Virus record (IMG/VR): IMGVR_UViG_3300021135_000008
DNA: 64,000 nt
Source of the DNA: an uncultured virus (IMG/VR IMGVR_UViG_3300021135_000008)
Lineage: Duplodnaviria; Heunggongvirae; Uroviricota; Caudoviricetes
Reading direction: 5' to 3' (one strand)
Below the pieces are notes generated by a model. That model saw nothing but the letters and a program-made list of their open reading frames with translations. It searched no databases and had not been told where the DNA came from. The position numbers and the translations under genes are program-made. This document shows positions 57,088 through 64,000 of this stretch, piece by piece (position 1 is the stretch's first letter; each line of letters starts with the position of its first letter).

Positions 57088-57402
57088 ATGACCGACTTCA
57101 ATACCGTTCTCTCCTTCGTCACCCTCGACGCCACCCATGACCAGATCCAGACACTCGTGGAGGCGATGAAGTTCCGCCGCGAGTGTCTCGCTAAGCTTGC
57201 AAAGTACTCCTTCAAGGCCGGCATGACCGTCGTCTTTACTCACAAGGGCGTCACCTACAACGGTACCCTTAAGTCTGTCAAGGTAAAGAAGGCCGTGGTC
57301 GAGTGTCTCATGCCCAACACTCGAGCATACAACTCCAAGATGCAGCCGGTCCCTGCGACTGTACTGTACAACGTTCCCCTCAACATGCTGAAGGCTGCCT
57401 GA
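57088..57402 (+). CDS. Early hypothetical protein
   Basis: Promoter plus AGGA RBS. Confidence 0.7.
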   Translation: MTDFNTVLSFVTLDATHDQIQTLVEAMKFRRECLAKLAKYSFKAGMTVVFTHKGVTYNGTLKSVKVKKAVVECLMPNTRAYNSKMQPVPATVLYNVPLNMLKAA

Positions 57403-57404
57403 TC

Positions 57405-57821
57405 ATGTCAACACGCTCGATGATTGCTTTCGACAACGGCTCGAACATCACCGCCATCTACTGCCACTTCGATGGATACATCGAGGGCGTAGGCATGACG
57501 CTCCTCCGCCACTGGAACACACTCGAGAAGGTCGAGTCCCTGATGGAGCTCGGCGACCTCTCCGTCCTAGGTTCCGAGATAGGTCAGAAGCAGGACTTCA
57601 ACCTGCCGACCGACAAGACTTGGTGTCTGGCCTACGGTCGCGACCGAGGTGAGTCCAACGTCGGCTCTCGAGACTTCCACTCCCTCCACTATGCCGAGGG
57701 TAACTACGGGGACGTCGACTACCTCTACGTGTTCGACGGTACTTACTGGTCGTTCAAGCGCAGGGGAGCCAAGGAGTACACCGACCTCGGTCAGTACGCT
57801 CTCGAGGAACTATTCGGTTGA
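57405..57821 (+). CDS. Conserved phage protein (MSTRS..IYCHFDGY)
   Basis: IYCHFDGY..GDLSVL..YGRDRGE..YLYVF. Confidence 0.8.
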   Translation: MSTRSMIAFDNGSNITAIYCHFDGYIEGVGMTLLRHWNTLEKVESLMELGDLSVLGSEIGQKQDFNLPTDKTWCLAYGRDRGESNVGSRDFHSLHYAEGNYGDVDYLYVFDGTYWSFKRRGAKEYTDLGQYALEELFG

Positions 57822-57873
57822 CATTTAATTCGAACTGTGGTACTATCTTCTTATGATGATGAAAGGACAACAG

Positions 57874-58095
57874 ATGAGCAGATACTCAGACCTCACGGTG
57901 GACCAGATCCGCTACTCCCTCTCCTTCATGGAGAAGTCCTACGGGATAGCCATGGAGGCCGAGGCCTATGGGTTGGCCAACGCCCTCATGGACAAAGTCG
58001 AGGGCCTCCGTGAGGCTCTGGTGAGCCGCATCCGTGCCGTGGATCCCTACACGTCCGAGGCCGACATCCGCTTCTTCGAGGGATTGGCCTATTGA
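57874..58095 (+). CDS. Early hypothetical protein
   Basis: Promoter plus AAGGA RBS. Confidence 0.65.
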   Translation: MSRYSDLTVDQIRYSLSFMEKSYGIAMEAEAYGLANALMDKVEGLREALVSRIRAVDPYTSEADIRFFEGLAY

Positions 58096-58148
58096 CAATA
58101 ATTCGATCCCATGGTATATTTAATCATGATCAGGAAAGGGATAACGCA

Positions 58149-58355
58149 ATGACAGTCAATGAAGCAGTGGACGTCGCCGAGCGTCTCGAGTCTCTCGTCC
58201 GCCGCTCACGTACGTACTTCTACGATGTGGACGACCTCCGCTATGAGATCCGCAAGATCGCGAGCGAGTACCGCAAGATCGCTGACGAGCTTGACCTCGA
58301 GATGTCGACGTTCGCCGAGGAACAGTACCTCGATAAGATGGTGGCCGCCGCATAA
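58149..58355 (+). CDS. Early hypothetical protein
   Basis: Promoter plus RBS. Confidence 0.65.
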   Translation: MTVNEAVDVAERLESLVRRSRTYFYDVDDLRYEIRKIASEYRKIADELDLEMSTFAEEQYLDKMVAAA

Positions 58356-58418
58356 AGGGGTTGACAATAATTCGTTCTTATGATAAGATCTTAATATAGT
58401 CAATCAGGAGTCTATCTC

Positions 58419-59252
58419 ATGCCACGTGGTGTCTACGCTCGCAAGTCCCAGTCCAAGTCGGTTCCGTCCTTCACCAACGTCGTCAAGTTCGAGTCTGACG
58501 AACAGATCTCAAAGCGTATCGGTGAGCGGTTCGAGGTTCTGTCGACCTTCACCGAGGCCTGTGCCATGGGCTCCTGCCGCTCCATGATCGTCTCGGGTCC
58601 GGCCGGCCTCGGCAAGTCCCACACGGTCGAGCAGGTCCTCAACGAGATCGACCCTACTGGCGAGCGCTACACCTTCGTCAAGGGCTTCGTCCGCGCCACC
58701 GGCCTCTACAAGCTCCTGTACCAGCACTCCAACGAGGGTCAAGTGTTGGTGCTCGACGACGCCGACTCGGTGTTCTTCGACGACATCAGCCTCAACCTGC
58801 TCAAGGCGGTATGCGACACCACCGGTGTCCGCCGTGTCGGCTGGCGCGCTGAGGGTTCCCTGATCGACGAGGATACCGGTGAGCGCATGCCTCGGTCGTT
58901 CGCTTTCAACGGCACCGTGGTGTTCATCACCAACCTCGACTTCGATGCCCTGATCGACAAGGGCCACAAGCTGGCCCCTCACCTTCAGGCCCTCGTGTCT
59001 CGGTCGCACTACATCGACTTGGCCATGAAGACCAAGCGTGACTATCTGGTCCGCATCAAGCAGGTCATCGATGCAGGTCTCCTGTCAGGTCTCGACGCTG
59101 GTCAGCGGTCCGACGTCGTGTCCTTCATCGAGGAAGAGCAGGACCGCCTCCGCGAGCTCTCGCTCCGGATGGTCATCAAGATCGCCGACGTCCGTAAGAT
59201 GGGCGCCGCCAACTTCCGCAAGGTGGCCCGAGTCACCTGCTGCAAGAACTGA
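58419..59252 (+). CDS. AAA+ ATPase
   Basis: GPAGLGKS Walker A, LVLDDAD Walker B, FITN, ALVSR. Confidence 0.88.
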   Translation: MPRGVYARKSQSKSVPSFTNVVKFESDEQISKRIGERFEVLSTFTEACAMGSCRSMIVSGPAGLGKSHTVEQVLNEIDPTGERYTFVKGFVRATGLYKLLYQHSNEGQVLVLDDADSVFFDDISLNLLKAVCDTTGVRRVGWRAEGSLIDEDTGERMPRSFAFNGTVVFITNLDFDALIDKGHKLAPHLQALVSRSHYIDLAMKTKRDYLVRIKQVIDAGLLSGLDAGQRSDVVSFIEEEQDRLRELSLRMVIKIADVRKMGAANFRKVARVTCCKN

Positions 59253-59263
59253 GGAGAGAGAAG

Positions 59264-59506
59264 ATGAGTGAAGAGTACAAAGACGGGTACCGCGACGGGT
59301 TCAAGGACGGGTATCTCGAGGGCTTGGGTATAAAGCCACAGCTCCCTCCAGTTCCCTTCCCGAGCATCCCTGCCTATCCGACCAGCCCTGAGATGCAGGC
59401 CTGCTGTCGGGTATGCGGCAAGTCGTTCACTGACTCGATGGGTCGTACTATTGCTTTAAGCATGGTGTGTAACCACTCACGGTGTCCTAGCGCCGTCACC
59501 TGCTGA
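59264..59506 (+). CDS. Hypothetical protein with Cys pairs
   Basis: DGYRDGFKDGY; CRVC..C..C. Confidence 0.65.
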   Translation: MSEEYKDGYRDGFKDGYLEGLGIKPQLPPVPFPSIPAYPTSPEMQACCRVCGKSFTDSMGRTIALSMVCNHSRCPSAVTC

Positions 59507-59695
59507 GTATAAATAAAATTATGTCGGACCTAAAGAGCCGACTAGCTAGACTGCTGCACTCCCTAGCGGCTGTCTGGGACCTGGGCCCGCCCAGCTTGTC
59601 GGGGAGTGCTGTGCGGCTGCGTGGGGGTCGTGCTTAAGACAACGGGAGTCTCCAGAGACGAGCGTAGCCCACGCCAAATTAGATAGGTGGTGAAG

Positions 59696-59983
59696 ATGAA
59701 GAAGTTCTTATTGGTTACTACATTGGTGTCTACTCTGGTCACCTCTCAGGCCGCCCATGCAGGTGGTAACCCTTGGCCGTTCGTAGGTGGTCTGTTCGCA
59801 GGTGCCATCCTCAATGAGGCAATCAACCACCCTAGGTACGATCACTACCAGCGCTACAACAACTATCAGCGCTACGACTACCCGATGGACCAAGACGGTC
59901 CGGTCGTCATCTGCTTCAAGCGTCCGGTGTACGACGAGTCAGGTTATCAGGTAGGTTGGCGTCGAGTGTGTCAACAGAATTGA
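59696..59983 (+). CDS. Secreted hypothetical protein
   Basis: Signal peptide ending AHA; Gly-zipper-like segment; C-terminal Cys pair. Confidence 0.7.
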   Translation: MKKFLLVTTLVSTLVTSQAAHAGGNPWPFVGGLFAGAILNEAINHPRYDHYQRYNNYQRYDYPMDQDGPVVICFKRPVYDESGYQVGWRRVCQQN

Positions 59984-59989
59984 GTTCAT

Positions 59990-60062
59990 TGCGGGGTAGT
60001 GGAAAAGTGCCACGCTAGCCTCATAAGCTAGAGAACTGGAGCGTCACCAGCGACCGCAACCA
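59990..60062 (+). tRNA. Divergent tRNA(CAT), Met-like
   Basis: CTAGC-CTCATAA-GCTAG arm, CCA end; mismatched acceptor stem and atypical T-loop. Confidence 0.6.
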
Positions 60063-60082
60063 AATTTACTGGAGACTTTGCT

Positions 60083-60490
60083 ATGAAGATCGGTTTCACC
60101 TGTAGTACGTTTGACCTGTTACATGCCGGACACGTGGCTATGCTGCGTGAGTGCAAGGAGAACAGTGACTGGCTGATCGTAGGTCTCCAGACAGATCCCA
60201 CTATAGATCGACCCGACACGAAGAACAAGCCGGCACAAAGTGTGTACGAGCGGTTCGTTCAGCTTCATGGCTGTAAGTTTGTCGACGAGATCGTTCCCTA
60301 CTCTACCGAGAAGGACTTGATGGACATGCTGGCCACCATCCCGATGAACGTCAGGTTCGTGGGTGAGGAGTACCGTCCGGTCGAGTTTACTGGTAAGCAG
60401 TACTGCCTCGACAACGGCATCGAGATCTTCTACAACCAGCGCAGGCACGGTTGGTCGACGACTGAGCTTCGCAAGCGAGCAAAGATATGA
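60083..60490 (+). CDS. Glycerol-3-phosphate cytidylyltransferase-like (TagD family)
   Basis: FDLLHAGH..RRHGWSTT. Confidence 0.88.
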   Translation: MKIGFTCSTFDLLHAGHVAMLRECKENSDWLIVGLQTDPTIDRPDTKNKPAQSVYERFVQLHGCKFVDEIVPYSTEKDLMDMLATIPMNVRFVGEEYRPVEFTGKQYCLDNGIEIFYNQRRHGWSTTELRKRAKI

Positions 60491-61215
60491 TCAAGTATCG
60501 AGCCGTCTTCATCTCCGACGTACACCTCGGGACCAAGATGAGTCGACCCGACTTACTTCTTCAGTTCTTGAAGACGTTCGAGTGTGACCAGCTCTACCTA
60601 GTCGGTGACATCATCGACGGCTGGGCACTCTCTCGGAACTTCTTCTGGCCACAGGAGAACAACGACGTAGTACAGAAGATCTTGAGGCGCGCTAGGAAGA
60701 ACACGCACATCACGTTCATTCCTGGGAACCACGACGAGTTCCTTCGGTCCTTCTGTGATAACCAGTTCGGCAACGTCTCTCTTCTTAAGAACGACGTGTA
60801 CGTGTCTGGTACCGGTAAGAAGTACATAGTGATGCACGGCGACGAGTTCGACGCGGTCATAACCAACGCCAAGTGGCTGAGTCACATGGGCAGCTGGGCA
60901 TACGACCAGTCCATCGCTCTCAACGTCTTGCTGACTAGGATAAGGAACATCTTTGGCCTGCCGTACTGGTCTCTGTCGAAGTGGCTCAAGTACAAGGTCA
61001 AGGAAGCGGTCAACTTCATCGGCAGCTACGAGGAGAACCTATCATCATATGCGAAGGCTAAGTCTGCTGATGGGATCATATGTGGTCATATCCATCATCC
61101 AAATATTCGTAAGGTTGGTGAGATTGACTACATGAACTGCGGTGACTGGGTCGAGAGCTGCACGGCTCTGGTAGAACACATGGATGGTACTTGGGAGATC
61201 ATCTACTGGAAATAA
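60487..61215 (+). CDS. LpxH-like metallophosphoesterase
   Basis: SDVHLG, GDIIDGW, GNHD, HGD, GHIH, NCGDWVE. Confidence 0.88.
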   Translation: MIKYRAVFISDVHLGTKMSRPDLLLQFLKTFECDQLYLVGDIIDGWALSRNFFWPQENNDVVQKILRRARKNTHITFIPGNHDEFLRSFCDNQFGNVSLLKNDVYVSGTGKKYIVMHGDEFDAVITNAKWLSHMGSWAYDQSIALNVLLTRIRNIFGLPYWSLSKWLKYKVKEAVNFIGSYEENLSSYAKAKSADGIICGHIHHPNIRKVGEIDYMNCGDWVESCTALVEHMDGTWEIIYWK

Positions 61216-61225
61216 ATAACAACAC

Positions 61226-61309
61226 GGAGGTATGCGAGCAAGGTGCTCAAAGAGTCTTGAAAACTCTGCCACCGCAAGGTTGATGGTTCGATTCCTTGTA
61301 CCTCCGCCA
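61226..61309 (+). tRNA. tRNA-Ser(TGA)
   Basis: AGAGT-CTTGAAA-ACTCT, long variable arm, GCCA end. Confidence 0.8.
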
Positions 61310-61315
61310 ATTCAC

Positions 61316-61342
61316 GGTCACGTAGCTCAGCTGTATAGAGCA
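61316..61342 (+). repeat. 27-bp duplicate of the 5' end of tRNA-Arg(CCT)
   Basis: GGTCACGTAGCTCAGCTGTATAGAGCA, identical to 61707-61733. Confidence 0.95.
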
Positions 61343-61381
61343 TAGGTATAAATAAACCGATGCTACTGCATAGGAGTTAAT

Positions 61382-61729
61382 ATGCCGAATCAATTTACAA
61401 AAGCTAAACACCTTGGGCTTCCTCAACCAAAAGTATATCATTCTAAATCTTTAGAAGAAGTATTCAAGAAAGATTCTACTTATCTTCCACAAAAACTAAG
61501 ATCTAGGTTTCTAAAAGAGAATTTAGTTCCGTATGAATGTACAGAATGTGGTAACACTGGTGAATGGAATAACAAGCCTTTAGTTTTACAGTTAGATCAT
61601 ATTAACGGAGTAAATACGGATAATAGGATTGAAAATCTTAGATGGCTTTGTCCGTCTTGCCATACACAACAACCAACGTATGGTAAAAAGAACTACACAT
61701 ATCAGAGGTCACGTAGCTCAGCTGTATAG
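61382..61729 (+). CDS. HNH endonuclease
   Basis: CTECG..LQLDHINGVNTDNRIENLRWLCPSCH; TATAAATA at 61347-61354; AT-rich. Confidence 0.92.
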   Translation: MPNQFTKAKHLGLPQPKVYHSKSLEEVFKKDSTYLPQKLRSRFLKENLVPYECTECGNTGEWNNKPLVLQLDHINGVNTDNRIENLRWLCPSCHTQQPTYGKKNYTYQRSRSSAV

Positions 61730-61783
61730 AGCACGAATTTCCTAAATTCGGGGTCGCAGGTTAGAGTCCTGCCGTGATCACCA
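61707..61783 (+). tRNA. tRNA-Arg(CCT)
   Basis: CGAAT-TTCCTAA-ATTCG; CCA end. Confidence 0.92.
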
Positions 61784-61788
61784 ACGAC

Positions 61789-61863
61789 GGTCCGATGGCG
61801 CAGCGGTAGCGCAGCTCCTTTACACGGAGAAGGTCGGGGGTTCGATCCCCTCTCGGACTACCA
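61789..61863 (+). tRNA. tRNA-Val(TAC)
   Basis: CTCC-TTTACAC-GGAG; GGTTCGATCCC; CCA. Confidence 0.93.
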
Positions 61864-62092
61864 ACAACTGAGGATATAAGATGAAGCTTATCGAATACAA
61901 AGACAAGTTCGTTACTGAGCCGTTCTGGCTCTGGGTAAACGACAAGGACAAGGCACTCTCTCCCTCTTTCTCTTCTCAGAAGAAGGCCGAGAAGTGGATG
62001 GACCGCATCCTCCTCGAGATCAGGAAGAAGGTCAAGAGGGGTTGACAAATAATCCAACCTGTGGTATGATATATCATAATGAGGATTTAGCC

Positions 62093-62497
62093 ATGTCAAT
62101 GCACCTAGCACCAGTCTACTTCACGACCACCGGCTCGACCAAGCGCAAGCCGTCCAAGAGCAAGAAGCTCGCTGAGTCTACCGCCAAGCATGAGCAGTGG
62201 CTGCGCGACCGCGGCCTGCATCCCGAGCAGCGTAACCTGCAGCGAGCATTCAAGGGCAAGCACAGTATCGCCCTGCCTGACCTGCGAGTCGAGACCAAGT
62301 ACGAGCTGTCCAACGGCATCGGCAACGGCTTCAAGCGCGGCATCATGGAGAACCTACACAAGGAGTCGCCTGAGGTTCAGAAGGCTATCCTTGAGAAGGC
62401 TCAGCGTACCACGGTAGCCTATAACAAGGGACCTATACAATATTTTAGTCCCGAGTCAGACAAGACGAGCCTCGGCTCGGGATCGCGGAGGGGATGA
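62093..62497 (+). CDS. Conserved basic hypothetical protein
   Basis: MSMHL..AYNKGPIQY; promoter at about 62042. Confidence 0.75.
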   Translation: MSMHLAPVYFTTTGSTKRKPSKSKKLAESTAKHEQWLRDRGLHPEQRNLQRAFKGKHSIALPDLRVETKYELSNGIGNGFKRGIMENLHKESPEVQKAILEKAQRTTVAYNKGPIQYFSPESDKTSLGSGSRRG

Positions 62498-62691
62498 TGG
62501 ACTACGTCGACATTCAAGCGTGTGACCCTACGGGCATCTGGCGTACGTACAGCAACACCCCAGCTGGTAACTCACAGCGTATCCGTCAGCTCATGCAGGA
62601 GCTCAAGGGCTCTAAGAACTGGCAGGTGCGTGCAGTGGATAAAAAAGGAAATATCGTCGACTTTTTATGTTGATGCTGTATAAATAAAACT

Positions 62692-62799
62692 ATGAACAAG
62701 ACAGTTAAACATCCTCTTCCCTATAATATGCCGAGCGCGTTCTGCGTCATTGCCCAGACATGGGATAATGGTCGCGAACCAACGCGAGGGCGATCTTGA
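62692..62799 (+). CDS. Putative attenuator leader peptide, 35 aa, containing all 20 amino acids
   Basis: MNKTVKHPLPYNMPSAFCVIAQTWDNGREPTRGRS; ATG 5 nt after TATAAATA (62679-62686). Confidence 0.65.
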   Translation: MNKTVKHPLPYNMPSAFCVIAQTWDNGREPTRGRS

Positions 62800-62824
62800 A
62801 TATCTGACTCAGAAGAGTAAGTTC

Positions 62825-62867
62825 AAGGGGCGCCCACAGTAAAGAGTGAGGCGCCCCTTCTCTTTTT
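62825..62867 (+). terminator. Intrinsic terminator with overlapping antiterminator
   Basis: AAGGGGCGCC...GGCGCCCCTT-CTCTTTTT. Confidence 0.8.
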
Positions 62868-62939
62868 AGTTGACAAATAACTCAGACTATGGTACTATCT
62901 TAATATAATCTGAGTGGCTGATTGACATTGTTAAACGAA

Positions 62940-63388
62940 AGACAACTTCGGTTGTCTCTCCATGGATACACCAGTGGCCGTCCGTGTCTTAAAGTACGGC
63001 GTAATCACGTGTGACACCAATCTGGTGTATCCTTGTAGAGACAATTGTTGTCTCTCCACAGATACTACACGGGGTACCGTGCATGGACGCATGCACTATG
63101 GATGATAGGGCCATCTTGCCATCCTGAGACAACCCGATCAATGGCTAAGGAAGGGAAGCACCCGACTCCGAAATTCGATTCTATGTAGTATCTTTGCAGA
63201 GACAATGGAATTTGGACGGTACTGGCCAGCGCGCTGGTATCTGTGTCCTCTGGCAGGGACACGAACGAGGGATGCCAGTCCCACTAGTAGCCAAACAACT
63301 AATCGTGGCAGCGTGGCACTGCCGGTGAAGCACCTACGGAGATGGTAGGAATGCGGTTGATCATCGATCATCAAACAGAACAAATGCC
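62940..63388 (+). ncRNA. Candidate structured ncRNA(s) upstream of the tRNA cluster
   Basis: No credible ORF; long closing stems, repeated TTGTCTCT/AGAGACAA, complementary hairpin loops; sigma70-type promoter at 62870. Confidence 0.65.
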
Positions 63389-63397
63389 AACTAATTC

Positions 63398-63473
63398 GAT
63401 CACTTAGCTCATTAGGTAGAGCAGCGGTCTTTTAAGCCGTAGGTGCTGGGTTCGAGTCCCAGAGTGATCACCA
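63398..63473 (+). tRNA. tRNA-Lys(TTT)
   Basis: GCGGT-CTTTTAA-GCCGT; CCA. Confidence 0.95.
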
Positions 63474-63482
63474 ATAGATAAC

Positions 63483-63557
63483 GCATCCTTAGCTTAGCGG
63501 TAGAGCGCTACGTTGACATCGTAGAGGTCGTAGGTTCAATCCCTGCAGGATGCACCA
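63483..63557 (+). tRNA. tRNA-Val(GAC)
   Basis: CTACG-TTGACAT-CGTAG; CCA. Confidence 0.95.
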
Positions 63558-63685
63558 AGTTTGTATGAGACGATTCGAGTACTCGACTGCCAATTCGTTG
63601 AACCCAGAATCGAAAGGTGGAAAAGACTCTGGTCTACTATCCTCGTCGTGCCACCTTAACATCATACGATGATATTTATGAATAA

Positions 63686-63762
63686 GCGGCGTTCTTCTAA
63701 TGGAATAGGAATCCTCCCTTTCAAGGAGTTCAATATCGGTTCGAGTCCGATACGCCGCGCCA
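63686..63762 (+). tRNA. tRNA-Glu(TTC)
   Basis: CTCC-CTTTCAA-GGAG; CCA. Confidence 0.92.
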
Positions 63763-63768
63763 GTATAA

Positions 63769-63843
63769 CAGGGTGTAGCTCAATGGTAGAGTGCTGTGTT
63801 TGGAACGCAGATGCTGGAGGTTCGAGTCCTCTCACCCTGACCA
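63769..63843 (+). tRNA. tRNA-Pro(TGG)
   Basis: CTGTG-TTTGGAA-CGCAG; CCA. Confidence 0.93.
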
Positions 63844-63849
63844 ATACCC

Positions 63850-63925
63850 GCTCCCATCATCTAGCGGCTTAGGATACCCGCCTCTCACGCGGATCACACC
63901 GGTTCGAATCCGGTTGGGAGCACCA
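63850..63925 (+). tRNA. tRNA-Glu(CTC)
   Basis: CCGC-CTCTCAC-GCGG; CCA. Confidence 0.93.
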
Positions 63926-64000
63926 ATCTTTCTAGTTGACAAATAATCTAAACTATGGTAGTATTAGATAGTGGGAAGAGCCCACGGATTAAATCGTAAT

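Larger units (their letters stand above)
53370..58395. promoter_or_regulatory. Dense array of strong sigma70-type early promoters, divergent at about 54350-54390
   Basis: (GG)TTGACA(A/T)..TG(G/A)TA(T/C)A(T/A)T..TCAT(A/G)ATCA repeats near 53408, 53824, 54040, 54347 (-) and 54393, 54979, 55101, 55192, 55463, 56787, 57029, 57819, 58092, 58361 (+). Confidence 0.88.

Noticed and set aside
61226..61309. Selenocysteine tRNA
   Set aside because: The anticodon is TGA (reads UCA, Ser), not TCA, and the acceptor stem is 7 bp.
61316..61733. Group I intron in tRNA-Arg
   Set aside because: The tRNA is complete downstream, the insert is flanked by a direct repeat, and no intron core is evident.
62940..63388. 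Hammerhead, twister or pistol ribozyme
   Set aside because: I could not find their conserved cores (e.g. CTGAnGA/GAAA) by eye; kept as an unknown ncRNA.

Overview
A 64-kb segment of a T4-like (gp32/59/33, gp41, UvsX, gp43, gp61, NrdAB, ThyX) lytic myophage genome. The host is most likely an alphaproteobacterium, judging by the two-piece permuted tmRNA, a DUF1127 protein and an LpxH-like phosphoesterase. From about 2 to 54.35 kb most genes run on the minus strand: replication and nucleotide metabolism, then a late block of probable head-internal proteins, then many small early ORFs. From 54.39 kb they run on the plus strand: early ORFs, then tRNA and ncRNA clusters. The most unusual signals concern translation rescue. 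(1) A late-promoter-driven 35-codon leader ORF contains all 20 amino acids and sits in a mutually exclusive antiterminator/terminator just upstream of a tRNA cluster, a candidate attenuator sensing depletion of any tRNA. (2) A permuted tmRNA carries an HNH endonuclease gene inside its intervening segment. (3) About 450 nt of highly structured non-coding RNA with complementary hairpin loops precedes the tRNAs. (4) RNA-ligase-like, nucleotidyltransferase and HAD genes all start with a capsid-targeting-like peptide. (5) Two Arg tRNAs have a compensated U19:A56 elbow pair. All calls come from reading the sequence by eye; no database searches or folding programs were run.
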